A stretch of DNA of 64,000 bases from Nitrosopumilus sp. Its GTDB lineage: Archaea; Thermoproteota; Nitrososphaeria; Nitrososphaerales; Nitrosopumilaceae. The translations under genes and the position numbers were made by a program. Every line of letters begins with the position of its first letter. Position 1 is the first letter of the stretch. The stretch spans positions 160,001-224,000 of the forward strand of contig OZ244651.1 in NCBI GenBank assembly GCA_965218695.1, written 5' to 3'. The notes below the pieces were generated by a model that was not told the origin of the DNA, searched no databases, and saw only the letters and a program-made list of their open reading frames with translations. Positions 18,927-28,282 of this stretch are shown in pieces.

Positions 18927-20772
18927 GGAACAGTTCAACCAGATATCCCCCAGCGAGTTCTTTTACAGCAACCGGGATCTGGCAGGATTCAGTAATCCCA
19001 CGCGCTCGCTTTATACGGCTGTACGGGAGTTTGTCGAGAACTCGCTTGATGCGTGTGATCAGAAGGGAATCCTTCCCACCGTCCATCTTACAATTAAGCC
19101 AGTTGATCCTGACAAGCACGATCCGCGTCACTACATCCTTACTGTTCGTGACAACGGTCCGGGCATTGATCCAAAGCACATCCCACTTGCGTTTGGAACC
19201 GTCCTGTATGGCTCCAAGTTTGGCCTCAAGCAGGCGCGGGGCATGTTCGGACTTGGTGCGACCATGGCAATCCTGTACGGCCAGATTACCACCAACAAAC
19301 CTGTAACAGTAAAGAGCTCCACCGATGGAAAGACCCAGCACATATTTGAGATACTGCTGGACATTCAGAAGAACAAGCCTGTGATAGTCAGGCATGAAAC
19401 TGTAGAGACTTCGACTAGGGGACTTTCTGTGAGTATCTGTCTGGAGGGAGATTACTCCAAGGCCGGAATCAAGATTCGCAACTACGTCTACGAGACATCC
19501 CTCATTACGCCGTATGCCACCATCACATTTGATGATCCCAAGGGACAGACATTCCGCAACACCAGGTTTGTAAAAGACATTCCCCCTGCCCCTACCATAA
19601 TCCAGCCTCATCCGCACGGAATTGATGTAGAACGGATAAGAAGAATGATAGCCGAATCCAGATTTGAGATTCCCACCATTACTGATGCGATGATTGACAA
19701 GATTCGAAAGGATCTGAATCTTTCCAAGGGCAACTTCAAGTATGCTGCAATCATGGAAAGGACAAAAAAGAAATGGAAGGGCCTGTCGCGCCAGGTACGG
19801 GTCTCGCTTGCCATGATGTCATTTCTAAAGATGGATTTTGAAAAATTAAGCAAGATCAAGATCGAAGAGATTGATGTTCCCAACAAAAAGATATCCTATT
19901 GGGACTTTGGAGTCTCCCAATCCAAGTCAGTCAGTATGAATACTGCAAGCCAGTATTACAGACAGCTAACAAACACTGTTCAGGGGGAGCCGCTTGACAC
20001 GTTTCTAACCAAGAGGTTCCAACGCGTAGGTCCTACCACTGCAGCAAAGTTTGCCGAGTTTGCCGGTTTCAAACCTGAGAAAAGAATGGGAACCATGACC
20101 AATCAGGAACTGGTAATGCTAAGCGACTCTCTTCAAAAATTTGACGGTTTTCTAACACCGGATTCGAGCTGCCTTGCACCACTTGGAACAAAATCCCTTG
20201 AGAAGGGAATCAACAAGTTCTTCAACCCACAGTTTACTACCGTAATACAGCGTCCGGCCTCTGCCTACTCTGGGTTTCCGTTTATAGTTGAAATGGGCAT
20301 CGCCTACGGGGGAGACATCAAGGCCGGCGGACCACATGTCTACCGATACGCAAATCGGATTCCATTGCTCTATGACGAGGGAAGTGACGTGGTTCTCAAG
20401 GTGATAAACGAGATCGACTGGGGAAGGTACAAGGTCAAAGGCGAGCCGCCGTTTGTCATCATATCCCACATATGCTCCACTAGAATTCCGTACAAGACGG
20501 CCGGAAAGGAGAACGTTGCAGACCGGCAGGAGATCGAACGGGAGATCAGACTGGCAATACAGTATCTGTCAAGAAAGCTTGCCTCATACATGTCAAAGAG
20601 GGGGCAGGCAGACGCGGCCAAGAAACGGGCCAACCTGTATGCAAAGTACATCCCACTCATCTCCCAGTTTTGTACGGAGCTTGCAGGCAAGAAGCAGGAA
20701 CCAAAATACGGGAGAATGTTGGAAGTCCAGGGTCCGGTGGTACCTGACAGGATTGCAGAGGGGAAAGAATGA
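18913..20772 (+). CDS. top6B: DNA topoisomerase VI subunit B
   Basis: EFVENSLDA, DNGPG, RGMFGLG and RYANRIPLL motifs. Confidence 0.98.
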   Translation: MSLIKEQFNQISPSEFFYSNRDLAGFSNPTRSLYTAVREFVENSLDACDQKGILPTVHLTIKPVDPDKHDPRHYILTVRDNGPGIDPKHIPLAFGTVLYGSKFGLKQARGMFGLGATMAILYGQITTNKPVTVKSSTDGKTQHIFEILLDIQKNKPVIVRHETVETSTRGLSVSICLEGDYSKAGIKIRNYVYETSLITPYATITFDDPKGQTFRNTRFVKDIPPAPTIIQPHPHGIDVERIRRMIAESRFEIPTITDAMIDKIRKDLNLSKGNFKYAAIMERTKKKWKGLSRQVRVSLAMMSFLKMDFEKLSKIKIEEIDVPNKKISYWDFGVSQSKSVSMNTASQYYRQLTNTVQGEPLDTFLTKRFQRVGPTTAAKFAEFAGFKPEKRMGTMTNQELVMLSDSLQKFDGFLTPDSSCLAPLGTKSLEKGINKFFNPQFTTVIQRPASAYSGFPFIVEMGIAYGGDIKAGGPHVYRYANRIPLLYDEGSDVVLKVINEIDWGRYKVKGEPPFVIISHICSTRIPYKTAGKENVADRQEIEREIRLAIQYLSRKLASYMSKRGQADAAKKRANLYAKYIPLISQFCTELAGKKQEPKYGRMLEVQGPVVPDRIAEGKE

Positions 20773-22292
20773 TGGCAAGCAAGAAGGCACGTACTAATGG
20801 TAAAAAGGCTGCTTCCGCCAAGAAGACCGGCGCCACCAAAAAGACACCTGCAACCAAGCAGACCACTCTCATCAAGAGGAAATCCTCAGGCATCAAAGCA
20901 GCTGCTTCCGCCAAGAAGACCGGCGCCACCAAAAAGACACCTGCAACCAAGCAGACCACTCTTGCCAGAAAGAAGTCCGTCGACGCCAAGAAGGCTACTA
21001 CTCAGATCAAGAAGATCGCTATCACCAAAAAGAAAACAACCGATACCAAAAAACCCACTTCCGCTACGAGGACTACTCCTGCCAAGAAAACAGCCGCCAC
21101 CAAAAAGAAAACAGCCGCCACCAAAAAGAAAACAGCCGCCACCAAAAAGAAAACAGCCGCCACCAAAAAGAAAACAGCCGCCACCAAAAAGTCCGCTTCC
21201 ATTAGGAAGGCCGCCACCAATGTCATGATAAAACAAAAGAACGTGCTTGATGCACTCCGGATTCATGGCACAAAGATATACGACGATTTGAACGCTGGAA
21301 AATTTCCGCAGTTTTCGATACCTAGCAGATCAGTCAATAACATCGTCTATGACAAAAAGCATAGGCAGTATATCCTGGGAAACAATTCGGCATTGAGAAG
21401 CGCAAAGAACTCGTCCCAACTAAGATCCTTTACACAGCTTATGTGGCTTGCATTCTTTGCCAACAGGCTGACCCATGAGAAAAAGTCCTCGACTCTGAGG
21501 GATGTCTACTATTCGTCGCAGGCCTTTGCGATTGATTTTGACAGCCAGTCAGAATCTGACAACATTATAGTGGATCTAGAGACGGTAACTGCAAAACCGC
21601 GGGAAGATTTTCACATATTCCCAGAAGAGAGGAGCTCCATATTTGGTGACTTGGACATTGAGTACACGGTTCCGGGTTATGAGGGAAATTCTATGAACCT
21701 GTCCAACCATCCAGACGGGTATGCCATAGGGCCCAGTCTGACTACTGCCGAACTGGTAGGTACGAGTGCCGAGATTGTTATCGCAATCGAGAAAGGCGGA
21801 CTCTTTACAAGATTCGTTGAAGAACAGGTAGACAAAAAATTCAAGTCCATAATCATAAACACCGGAGGGCAGGCACCCCGTTCCACCAGAACCCTTCTCA
21901 AGAGGCTCCATGATGAGATGGGGTTGCCCATCATCATCCTTACTGACGGTGATGTGTACGGGGAGCATATTGCCATGGTTATAAAATCCGGATCTGCCAA
22001 CGCGGCCCATCTCAGGGAACTGACCGTCCCTGATGCAAAGTGGGTTGGTGTGTGGGCAACTGACATTGAAAAATACAAACTGCCTACGATTCCGATGACA
22101 GAGTCTGACATCAAGAGATGCTACGATCTGAAGAAGGATCCCAGATATGCCGACGGAATATGGAAAAAGGAGCTGGAGGTATTCTTGAGGCTTAAGAAAA
22201 AGGCAGAGCTGGAGGCCTTTTCAAAATACGGTCTTACAAACATAACTGACAAGTACCTGCCGCACAAGCTGGAACTGGCAAAGAGCCTCTGA
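20769..22292 (+). CDS. top6A: DNA topoisomerase VI subunit A with Lys/Ala/Thr-rich N-terminal extension
   Basis: STLRDVYY, IEKGG, TDGDVYG and KAELEA motifs. Confidence 0.97.
   Translation: MMASKKARTNGKKAASAKKTGATKKTPATKQTTLIKRKSSGIKAAASAKKTGATKKTPATKQTTLARKKSVDAKKATTQIKKIAITKKKTTDTKKPTSATRTTPAKKTAATKKKTAATKKKTAATKKKTAATKKKTAATKKSASIRKAATNVMIKQKNVLDALRIHGTKIYDDLNAGKFPQFSIPSRSVNNIVYDKKHRQYILGNNSALRSAKNSSQLRSFTQLMWLAFFANRLTHEKKSSTLRDVYYSSQAFAIDFDSQSESDNIIVDLETVTAKPREDFHIFPEERSSIFGDLDIEYTVPGYEGNSMNLSNHPDGYAIGPSLTTAELVGTSAEIVIAIEKGGLFTRFVEEQVDKKFKSIIINTGGQAPRSTRTLLKRLHDEMGLPIIILTDGDVYGEHIAMVIKSGSANAAHLRELTVPDAKWVGVWATDIEKYKLPTIPMTESDIKRCYDLKKDPRYADGIWKKELEVFLRLKKKAELEAFSKYGLTNITDKYLPHKLELAKSL
20810..21192 (+). 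repeat. in-frame tandem repeats in the top6A 5' region (one long duplication plus 21-bp KKTAATK units, about 5)
   Basis: unit AAAAAGAAAACAGCCGCCACC repeated; AASAKKTGATKKTPATKQTTL duplicated. Confidence 0.92.
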
Positions 22293-22751
22293 TTATTTTA
22301 TTCTCAGCGTCAGGACTCCGTTTCTATACTTGAAGTCCAGTATCTGCATGTTGCCTGCACCTTCTATTGGAACCTCCCTTGTGAATCCTGCAGTCCCGCG
22401 TAGATGCAGGATACCGCCAATGAGCCTAACTGTGATCTTATCCTCGGGTCCGGGAACCTCCGCCACAAAGACAAACTCGTTTTCACCCTTTATGAGATCG
22501 TATACCCAGTTTTTTGACTCCTGTTCCCTCACACTGCTGTAAAACGGCTTTTGCTCCTTTGTGATCTTTCTGAGGTGCCTGACCCAGTAGAACATGGTCA
22601 GCGCAGCCACACCAATCAGGATAAAACTCACAAATCCTGAATCCTGTCTCTGTGCCATGATGTAGATTATCCCAAGAAGCACGATAACTACAATCGGAAT
22701 GACAAAGTTCAGTGACTGTTCATTTGAGTATGTGCCCTTGTAGCTTGCCAA
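22293..22751 (-). CDS. membrane-anchored Hsp20/alpha-crystallin-like protein
   Basis: 2 TM plus VAEVPG...YRNGVL. Confidence 0.8.
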   Translation of the reverse strand: MASYKGTYSNEQSLNFVIPIVVIVLLGIIYIMAQRQDSGFVSFILIGVAALTMFYWVRHLRKITKEQKPFYSSVREQESKNWVYDLIKGENEFVFVAEVPGPEDKITVRLIGGILHLRGTAGFTREVPIEGAGNMQILDFKYRNGVLTLRIK

Positions 22752-22998
22752 ACAACACGGATACTGCTCTGCCAAATATAAAAGACTCTATGCGGAATCC
22801 TGCGTCCGCATTGGAGATGGCATTACCAATCTGAATTACAGGAGCCTGTGAATGTGAGCCGAGATCACACGAACTATTGTGGCAGATTGACACCCGTCTG
22901 CCTAGGCACAAATCAACGCATCCATACTAACCCCTGCACACTTCTCTGTACGACTGGCGATCTCGTACTTTTTATTACCATTCAGCATAGTCCTGCCG

Positions 22999-23220
22999 TT
23001 GGCAGATGGGCCAAAGCTTCCCGTATTCACAAAGAGGGACATAATGCTGAGGGGAACGGTAATCGCCGTGCTAATCTCGGTTCCATCACTTGTAGCCTTT
23101 GTGCTGGTCTGGATAATTCTAGGCGACATGATACTTGGGGCCATACTTGGTGCCATCATTCACTTCATAGCCATGGGGTTCTCCCTGAAAATATCAAAGA
23201 GGCTGCTGGTCAGAGGATGA
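22999..23220 (+). CDS. small 2-TM membrane protein
   Basis: hydrophobic 73-aa ORF with TATA-like upstream sequence. Confidence 0.7.
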   Translation: MADGPKLPVFTKRDIMLRGTVIAVLISVPSLVAFVLVWIILGDMILGAILGAIIHFIAMGFSLKISKRLLVRG

Positions 23221-23277
23221 TACATAAGACCTTATGCGCACCTATTACGTATAAGGTCTATATTTCCCACGTCCGTC

Positions 23278-23640
23278 TTGGGAATGGTGAGCATATCACA
23301 GATCGAGGCGAACCTAGTCTCTGAGATAGGACTGAGTCATGTACAGGCAAGAGTGTATCTGCTGGTTACGTGCCATGGAAAGATGTCGTCTGCAGAGATT
23401 TCCCGACGATTGGGAATTCAGCCTGATGATGCCCGGAAGGCAGCCGGGGATCTGATGGCGCTAGGTGCATTCATCGACATTTCAGATACTGAGTTTGAAG
23501 CGATGCATCCACGGTTCACGGCAGTCAATATGTTTCGAAAGATGTGCCAGCGGACGGGGACGACCTTTCAGAGGAACCGGACAGTCGACAACATAGGGGT
23601 TCTGCTGGAGAAGCCGTATGATGATGCAAGAACTAAATAA
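23278..23640 (+). CDS. TrmB-like HTH protein
   Basis: GLS..QARVYL...SAEISRRLGI pattern. Confidence 0.75.
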   Translation: MGMVSISQIEANLVSEIGLSHVQARVYLLVTCHGKMSSAEISRRLGIQPDDARKAAGDLMALGAFIDISDTEFEAMHPRFTAVNMFRKMCQRTGTTFQRNRTVDNIGVLLEKPYDDARTK

Positions 23641-24055
23641 CGCAGGTAATGGCTTGATGGCATTGGACACCGAGACCTGTAAGCATCAGCCTGTATACTA
23701 TGGAGTGGTAAACATCAACATAAACGAAAGGACAATCGGTTCTGTCGATGTATGGCGATGTGGTGCCTGCAAAAAACGGTTCTGTGAAGAAAAGCAGCTT
23801 GGAATCGAGGAACTGGCGGATCTGGTGGGCATGCCCAAAATAAGCCCCGATCAAAAGTGGGCAGTGACAGTATGCAAGTTACAAAAGGACAAGTACCGAT
23901 GGAAACTGGTGAGGTTAAACCAAAACGGCACCATCAACCACGAGTGCATTGATGAGCGGCAAGTCGTACTCAATGTTGCAGAATACAAGGTCGACGATGA
24001 TGGTCACTGGAGCTTTCTAATCGACGACAACATCAACAAGGCAGTAGAGATTTAG
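23618..24055 (+). CDS. conserved hypothetical Cys-containing protein
   Basis: CKH...WRCGACKKRFC; start may be further downstream. Confidence 0.75.
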   Translation: MMMQELNNAGNGLMALDTETCKHQPVYYGVVNININERTIGSVDVWRCGACKKRFCEEKQLGIEELADLVGMPKISPDQKWAVTVCKLQKDKYRWKLVRLNQNGTINHECIDERQVVLNVAEYKVDDDGHWSFLIDDNINKAVEI

Positions 24056-24061
24056 GTTCTG

Positions 24062-24346
24062 ATGGATCTCAAAGTTCACATAAATGATGTTCACGGCAGT
24101 CAGATGGCAGCCAAGATCAACGGCCGATTCGTTTTGGACGGCACCGAATTTCATTTTACTGCAATTGCATTTGGCAGGATAGGTGGTCAGAACATAGGCG
24201 CAAATATCTCCAAAGCCACTGAAAAAAAACTGCGGGATATGGGTTACGATACAGATGAGGTCATCATGCTACTCCAAAGGAGCCTGCTTCAGGGAGACCT
24301 GGATCTTCCGGAGGGTCTTAAAAGAGAGTCTTTTGCAGACGACTAG
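24062..24346 (+). CDS. conserved hypothetical protein
   Basis: 94-aa [16 protein letters not shown], operonic spacing. Confidence 0.75.
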   Translation: MDLKVHINDVHGSQMAAKINGRFVLDGTEFHFTAIAFGRIGGQNIGANISKATEKKLRDMGYDTDEVIMLLQRSLLQGDLDLPEGLKRESFADD

Positions 24347-25134
24347 AACTCGGCCTCTTCTAGCGCCTTGGCACAGGAGCATCCCCTCGAATGTGGAATC
24401 CTGTCTATCAGGCCTGTCAGAAGATCCCTTGTCCTCTTGACGTTTTCAGATATGGTCGCCATGACCTCTTTTGTGGTAACTGGTTTTTCCGCCCATACGT
24501 CATAGTCTGTTACAGTCGCTATTGACACATAGCACATCTGAGCCTCCCTTGCCAGCTGGCACTCCGGAACCAGCGTCATTCCGATTATGTCTGCACCCGT
24601 AGACCTGTAGAATCGTGACTCGGCCTTTGTTGAAAACCGCGGTCCCTCGATGCATACGTATGTGGCATCGGTATGAATCTGCATGTCCTTCTCCTGCGCT
24701 GCTGCAAGTACTGACGATTGCATCTCCGGACAGAATGGATCTGCCACTGATATGTGAATCACCCTGCCTTCTTCTGAAAACGAGCCCTTCCTTGACTTTG
24801 TAAAATCCAGAAACTGTGACGGCATGACAAAGCGACCCGGTGCCAGCTCCTCCCTGAGGCTTCCCACTGCCGAGGGTGACACGATTCTGCTAATTCCAAG
24901 CTCCCTGAATGCCCATATGTTTGCCCTGAAGTTGATCATGTGGGGCGGAATGGTATGGCCTCTTCCATGCCTTGGAAGAAACGCGATTCTTCTTCCCTTG
25001 AAGGTTCCCACCGTGATGGCATCTGAGGGCATCCCGTACGGCGTCTTGATGGTAATCTCGCGTACATCATCAAGAAGACCAGAGTCATAAATCCCGGTGC
25101 CGCCGAATATTCCTATCTCTGCACTCTCTTCCAC
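24343..25134 (-). CDS. mtnP: S-methyl-5'-thioadenosine phosphorylase
   Basis: [23 protein letters not shown] and TDYDVW motifs. Confidence 0.96.
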   Translation of the reverse strand: MEESAEIGIFGGTGIYDSGLLDDVREITIKTPYGMPSDAITVGTFKGRRIAFLPRHGRGHTIPPHMINFRANIWAFRELGISRIVSPSAVGSLREELAPGRFVMPSQFLDFTKSRKGSFSEEGRVIHISVADPFCPEMQSSVLAAAQEKDMQIHTDATYVCIEGPRFSTKAESRFYRSTGADIIGMTLVPECQLAREAQMCYVSIATVTDYDVWAEKPVTTKEVMATISENVKRTRDLLTGLIDRIPHSRGCSCAKALEEAEF

Positions 25135-25646
25135 TAGTATTTCACCAATGACTTGCAGTTGTACCCTTTGATCTTTTTGGTTCCGTTGAGATCCGTCAGC
25201 TCGATGATGAATGCAAATCCTGCGACCGTCCCACCAATCTTCTCGACGAGTCTTGCAGATGTCATGGCAGTACCGCCGGTTGCAAGCATGTCATCACATA
25301 TGACCACCCTCTGCCCGTTGCTGATGGCATCCTTTTGGATTTCCATCGTGTCCTTGCTGTATTCTGTGGTGTATGTTGATTTTGCAGTCTTTCCGGGAAG
25401 CTTTCCTGCCTTTCTAATCATTACCATACCCTTGTTGTATCTTGTGGCAAGCAAGCATGCCAGAATGAATCCCCTTGAGTCAATCCCTGCAAACAGATCG
25501 ACATCCCTGGGATTGTAATGCCTTGAAAACTCATCTGCAATGGTGCTCAAGGCAGAAGGATCCCTGAGCATGGGGCCAAAGTCCCTGAATATGATTCCCT
25601 TTTTGGGAAAGTTTGGATAATCTGCTATTCTGTCTCTTAGGTTCAT
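25134..25646 (-). CDS. apt: adenine phosphoribosyltransferase
   Basis: [20 protein letters not shown] and DDMLATGGT motifs. Confidence 0.96.
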   Translation of the reverse strand: MNLRDRIADYPNFPKKGIIFRDFGPMLRDPSALSTIADEFSRHYNPRDVDLFAGIDSRGFILACLLATRYNKGMVMIRKAGKLPGKTAKSTYTTEYSKDTMEIQKDAISNGQRVVICDDMLATGGTAMTSARLVEKIGGTVAGFAFIIELTDLNGTKKIKGYNCKSLVKY

Positions 25647-25909
25647 ACCACTCTGGCAAAACAGGTAAAATAAAATTGTTTGATTCTGCCGTGTATGGCA
25701 CCGTTCAGGGGGTGGGCCTGAATATGACGCACAACTCTCATGAAACCTGGAACATCCGCGCCTGCATTCCGGATGCCGTCAGAGTATCTTGCATGTGGCA
25801 GAATTTCTGATGAATCCATATGGACATGTAATGGCACTGGCACTACCCTATCGTATGTGTGGTATTTGCAGACCGGAACACTTGTTGGCCGGAATTATCA
25901 CGTTGGCAG

Positions 25910-28120
25910 CTATCTAGATCCTATCTGGTATGTGGTCTCTGCAGATCCGAAATGGTCATTGGCCTTTATGGTGTATACGCCGGGTTCTAGGTCTGATGGA
26001 ATGATCCATGGGGTGCTGGCTTCCCCTGAATCTGTGGATACGATCTCCAGCATATCTATGACGTCGCCGTCACTTGAGGTTATTGTTATGATTACCTGGT
26101 TCCCGCTGCTGCCTGCAACCTTGATATCGAGCGCTCCTGAAATTCCCTCCCATGGGATTACCTGTATCGACATTCCATCCTTGGCCGGCGCAAATACGTC
26201 GATGTCTATGGTGTCAAAGTTGGCACCGCTTCTTGCAGTGATGGTCCATGTGCCGAGTGCCGCATTGGGCGGAATTCTGAAGGTGGACTCTGTTATCTTT
26301 CCCTCCATGTCCGAGTACGTCTCCTTGACCCTGATCACGTCCCCTTCGGGGTTCCTCAGTATGAGATCTAGCAGGATGTTGGGAGACGCCTCACCCAGTA
26401 TCAGCATCTGGTCGTCTGGTTCATAGTCGGGTTTTGTGGTCTTGATTTCAATCTTTTCGGTTCCCGTATCCAGTCCTACCGAGAACATCTCCTCGTTTGC
26501 TGAAGTCCCCCTATTGACGATTGCAGTATATATTCCTGGGACGTAGCCTGACAGATCAAGCAGGTACGTCTGTTTTCCGTCTACCTGCAGTGTTATTGAT
26601 GTTGCATTGTTTTTGGGTTTGTTAAACGGATCAATTATGAGCAGACTGACGATATCGGACGCATCTCCGCTCAATGTAATTATTGCAGTATCATCTGGAC
26701 TGTAGTTTAGCTCATCAAACTGCAAGTTGACTGGAATCTCGGGCAGCTGTCCAAGTCCTGCATAGATGAGCTCTATTTCAACGCCCTGTGTTGCAATAAG
26801 CGTGTATGTCCCCACCGGCGAGTTCCGCGTGGTTTCATAGATGAGGTCTATTCTGCCATCCTTGTCTGTACGCAGTTCATCTGAGAGTAGCTCGTTTCCA
26901 AACGGATCCTCCAGAATCATCCTGATTGCCGTGTCTGGCAACGCTGTTCCGTTAAAGACAATGGCATCGCCGCGGTCAAATTTTAACATGGGGGTGGATA
27001 TCATGATGACCTGATTTGATTCCACCGTCATCTGTCTCTGTATATTCTCCCGTCCGTCGCTGACTGTTATGCTGAATTTGCCAAACGGTGCATCCAGCGG
27101 CACGATGATAGGCTCGTCCAGACTCCAGTCACCCCTTGAATCAATCTCGGCTGTTCGGGAGTTTGTTATTGCGCCATTCGGGGCTCTCATTTCAACTGTT
27201 ACGGCGTTGCCAGGATTTCCAGTACCTGACAGGTCCAGGGGAGTTCCCCTGTGTGCCACTCTTGGGATTCCATCAATTCCCAAATCTATGTTATCTGATA
27301 CGGGAATATTGACTGGTGTCTCCCCTATCCTTATACTGATCTCCTTTTCTTGACCATCTTCTGCTATGACTGCAAACACCATCCTGCCTGGTTCGATATT
27401 GCCTGGTATGTTCATCGTGGTGACGAATTTGCCTTTCTCATCTGTAGTAAAACTACCTGCCTCTGCTGTATCTATGTAAAAGTTAAATTCCCTGTCTGCC
27501 CCAAAACCGTCTCCGACTACCCTGATAGTTGATCCCACGTTGGGCCTATCTGGAATTATCCTAAAGACTGATCCTGGCAGTACGCTTGGCTCATCCTCTT
27601 TTGGAGGTATCACATCTGGAGGACAGTCTGGATGTATCACCCCTGGGGAATCACAGTCTGGTGGCGGCTGTTCATTGGAAATCTCTCCGGCAAACGTCTT
27701 GTCTATGTCTATCTGGTTGCCGTCTGCATCCAGTGCCCTCCAGTTGATTCCAGAGGAACTCGAATCCATCTTTACCCCGAATTTTACAGACTCCCCTGGC
27801 ATGAGCGGCGTCGCTGATGTAAATATCAGCACTCCTTGGGCGGTTCTCTCACCTGTCCAGCCACTTTCTGCCTTGAATGACTGGAATGTGACGCCGGTAC
27901 TGGGCCAGATTCTGACCAGTTCCATGTCCACTTCTGACTCGTTAGTAAACTCTATGATTGTGGTTCCCTCCAACGCTATGCTACTGACGTCGATTCCCTC
28001 TGCATGCGCCTCGGGCGTATATGCAACAGGTGTAGCTACAAGTACTGCTACAAGTACTGCTACAAGCACAGCAAACGAAAGGAAAACCCTTCCTGATGGG
28101 GTTCTGTGCATTGACTTCAA
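25910..28120 (-). CDS. large secreted/surface protein with repeated Ig-like beta-sandwich domains
   Basis: signal peptide, acidic composition, repeated G..P...P.G.YT motifs. Confidence 0.8.
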   Translation of the reverse strand: MKSMHRTPSGRVFLSFAVLVAVLVAVLVATPVAYTPEAHAEGIDVSSIALEGTTIIEFTNESEVDMELVRIWPSTGVTFQSFKAESGWTGERTAQGVLIFTSATPLMPGESVKFGVKMDSSSSGINWRALDADGNQIDIDKTFAGEISNEQPPPDCDSPGVIHPDCPPDVIPPKEDEPSVLPGSVFRIIPDRPNVGSTIRVVGDGFGADREFNFYIDTAEAGSFTTDEKGKFVTTMNIPGNIEPGRMVFAVIAEDGQEKEISIRIGETPVNIPVSDNIDLGIDGIPRVAHRGTPLDLSGTGNPGNAVTVEMRAPNGAITNSRTAEIDSRGDWSLDEPIIVPLDAPFGKFSITVSDGRENIQRQMTVESNQVIMISTPMLKFDRGDAIVFNGTALPDTAIRMILEDPFGNELLSDELRTDKDGRIDLIYETTRNSPVGTYTLIATQGVEIELIYAGLGQLPEIPVNLQFDELNYSPDDTAIITLSGDASDIVSLLIIDPFNKPKNNATSITLQVDGKQTYLLDLSGYVPGIYTAIVNRGTSANEEMFSVGLDTGTEKIEIKTTKPDYEPDDQMLILGEASPNILLDLILRNPEGDVIRVKETYSDMEGKITESTFRIPPNAALGTWTITARSGANFDTIDIDVFAPAKDGMSIQVIPWEGISGALDIKVAGSSGNQVIITITSSDGDVIDMLEIVSTDSGEASTPWIIPSDLEPGVYTIKANDHFGSAETTYQIGSR

Positions 28121-28282
28121 GTTCTTGATCTCTCACTTAAACCTTAAAGAACTTTTACCGTCACACCCAAGTCCATGCTCAGGCTCTGATCAGAGACAAG
28201 CATGAATTCTGACATGACCGCATATGTCCGTACCTGCATTTTTTCCCTGATATGTTGCTGTGAGGTGCCGTATCCACTTGTC

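Noticed and set aside
19640-19990. About 100-aa insertion in Top6B as an intein
   Set aside because: No Cys/Ser start, His-Asn end or LAGLIDADG motif; more likely a lineage-specific domain.
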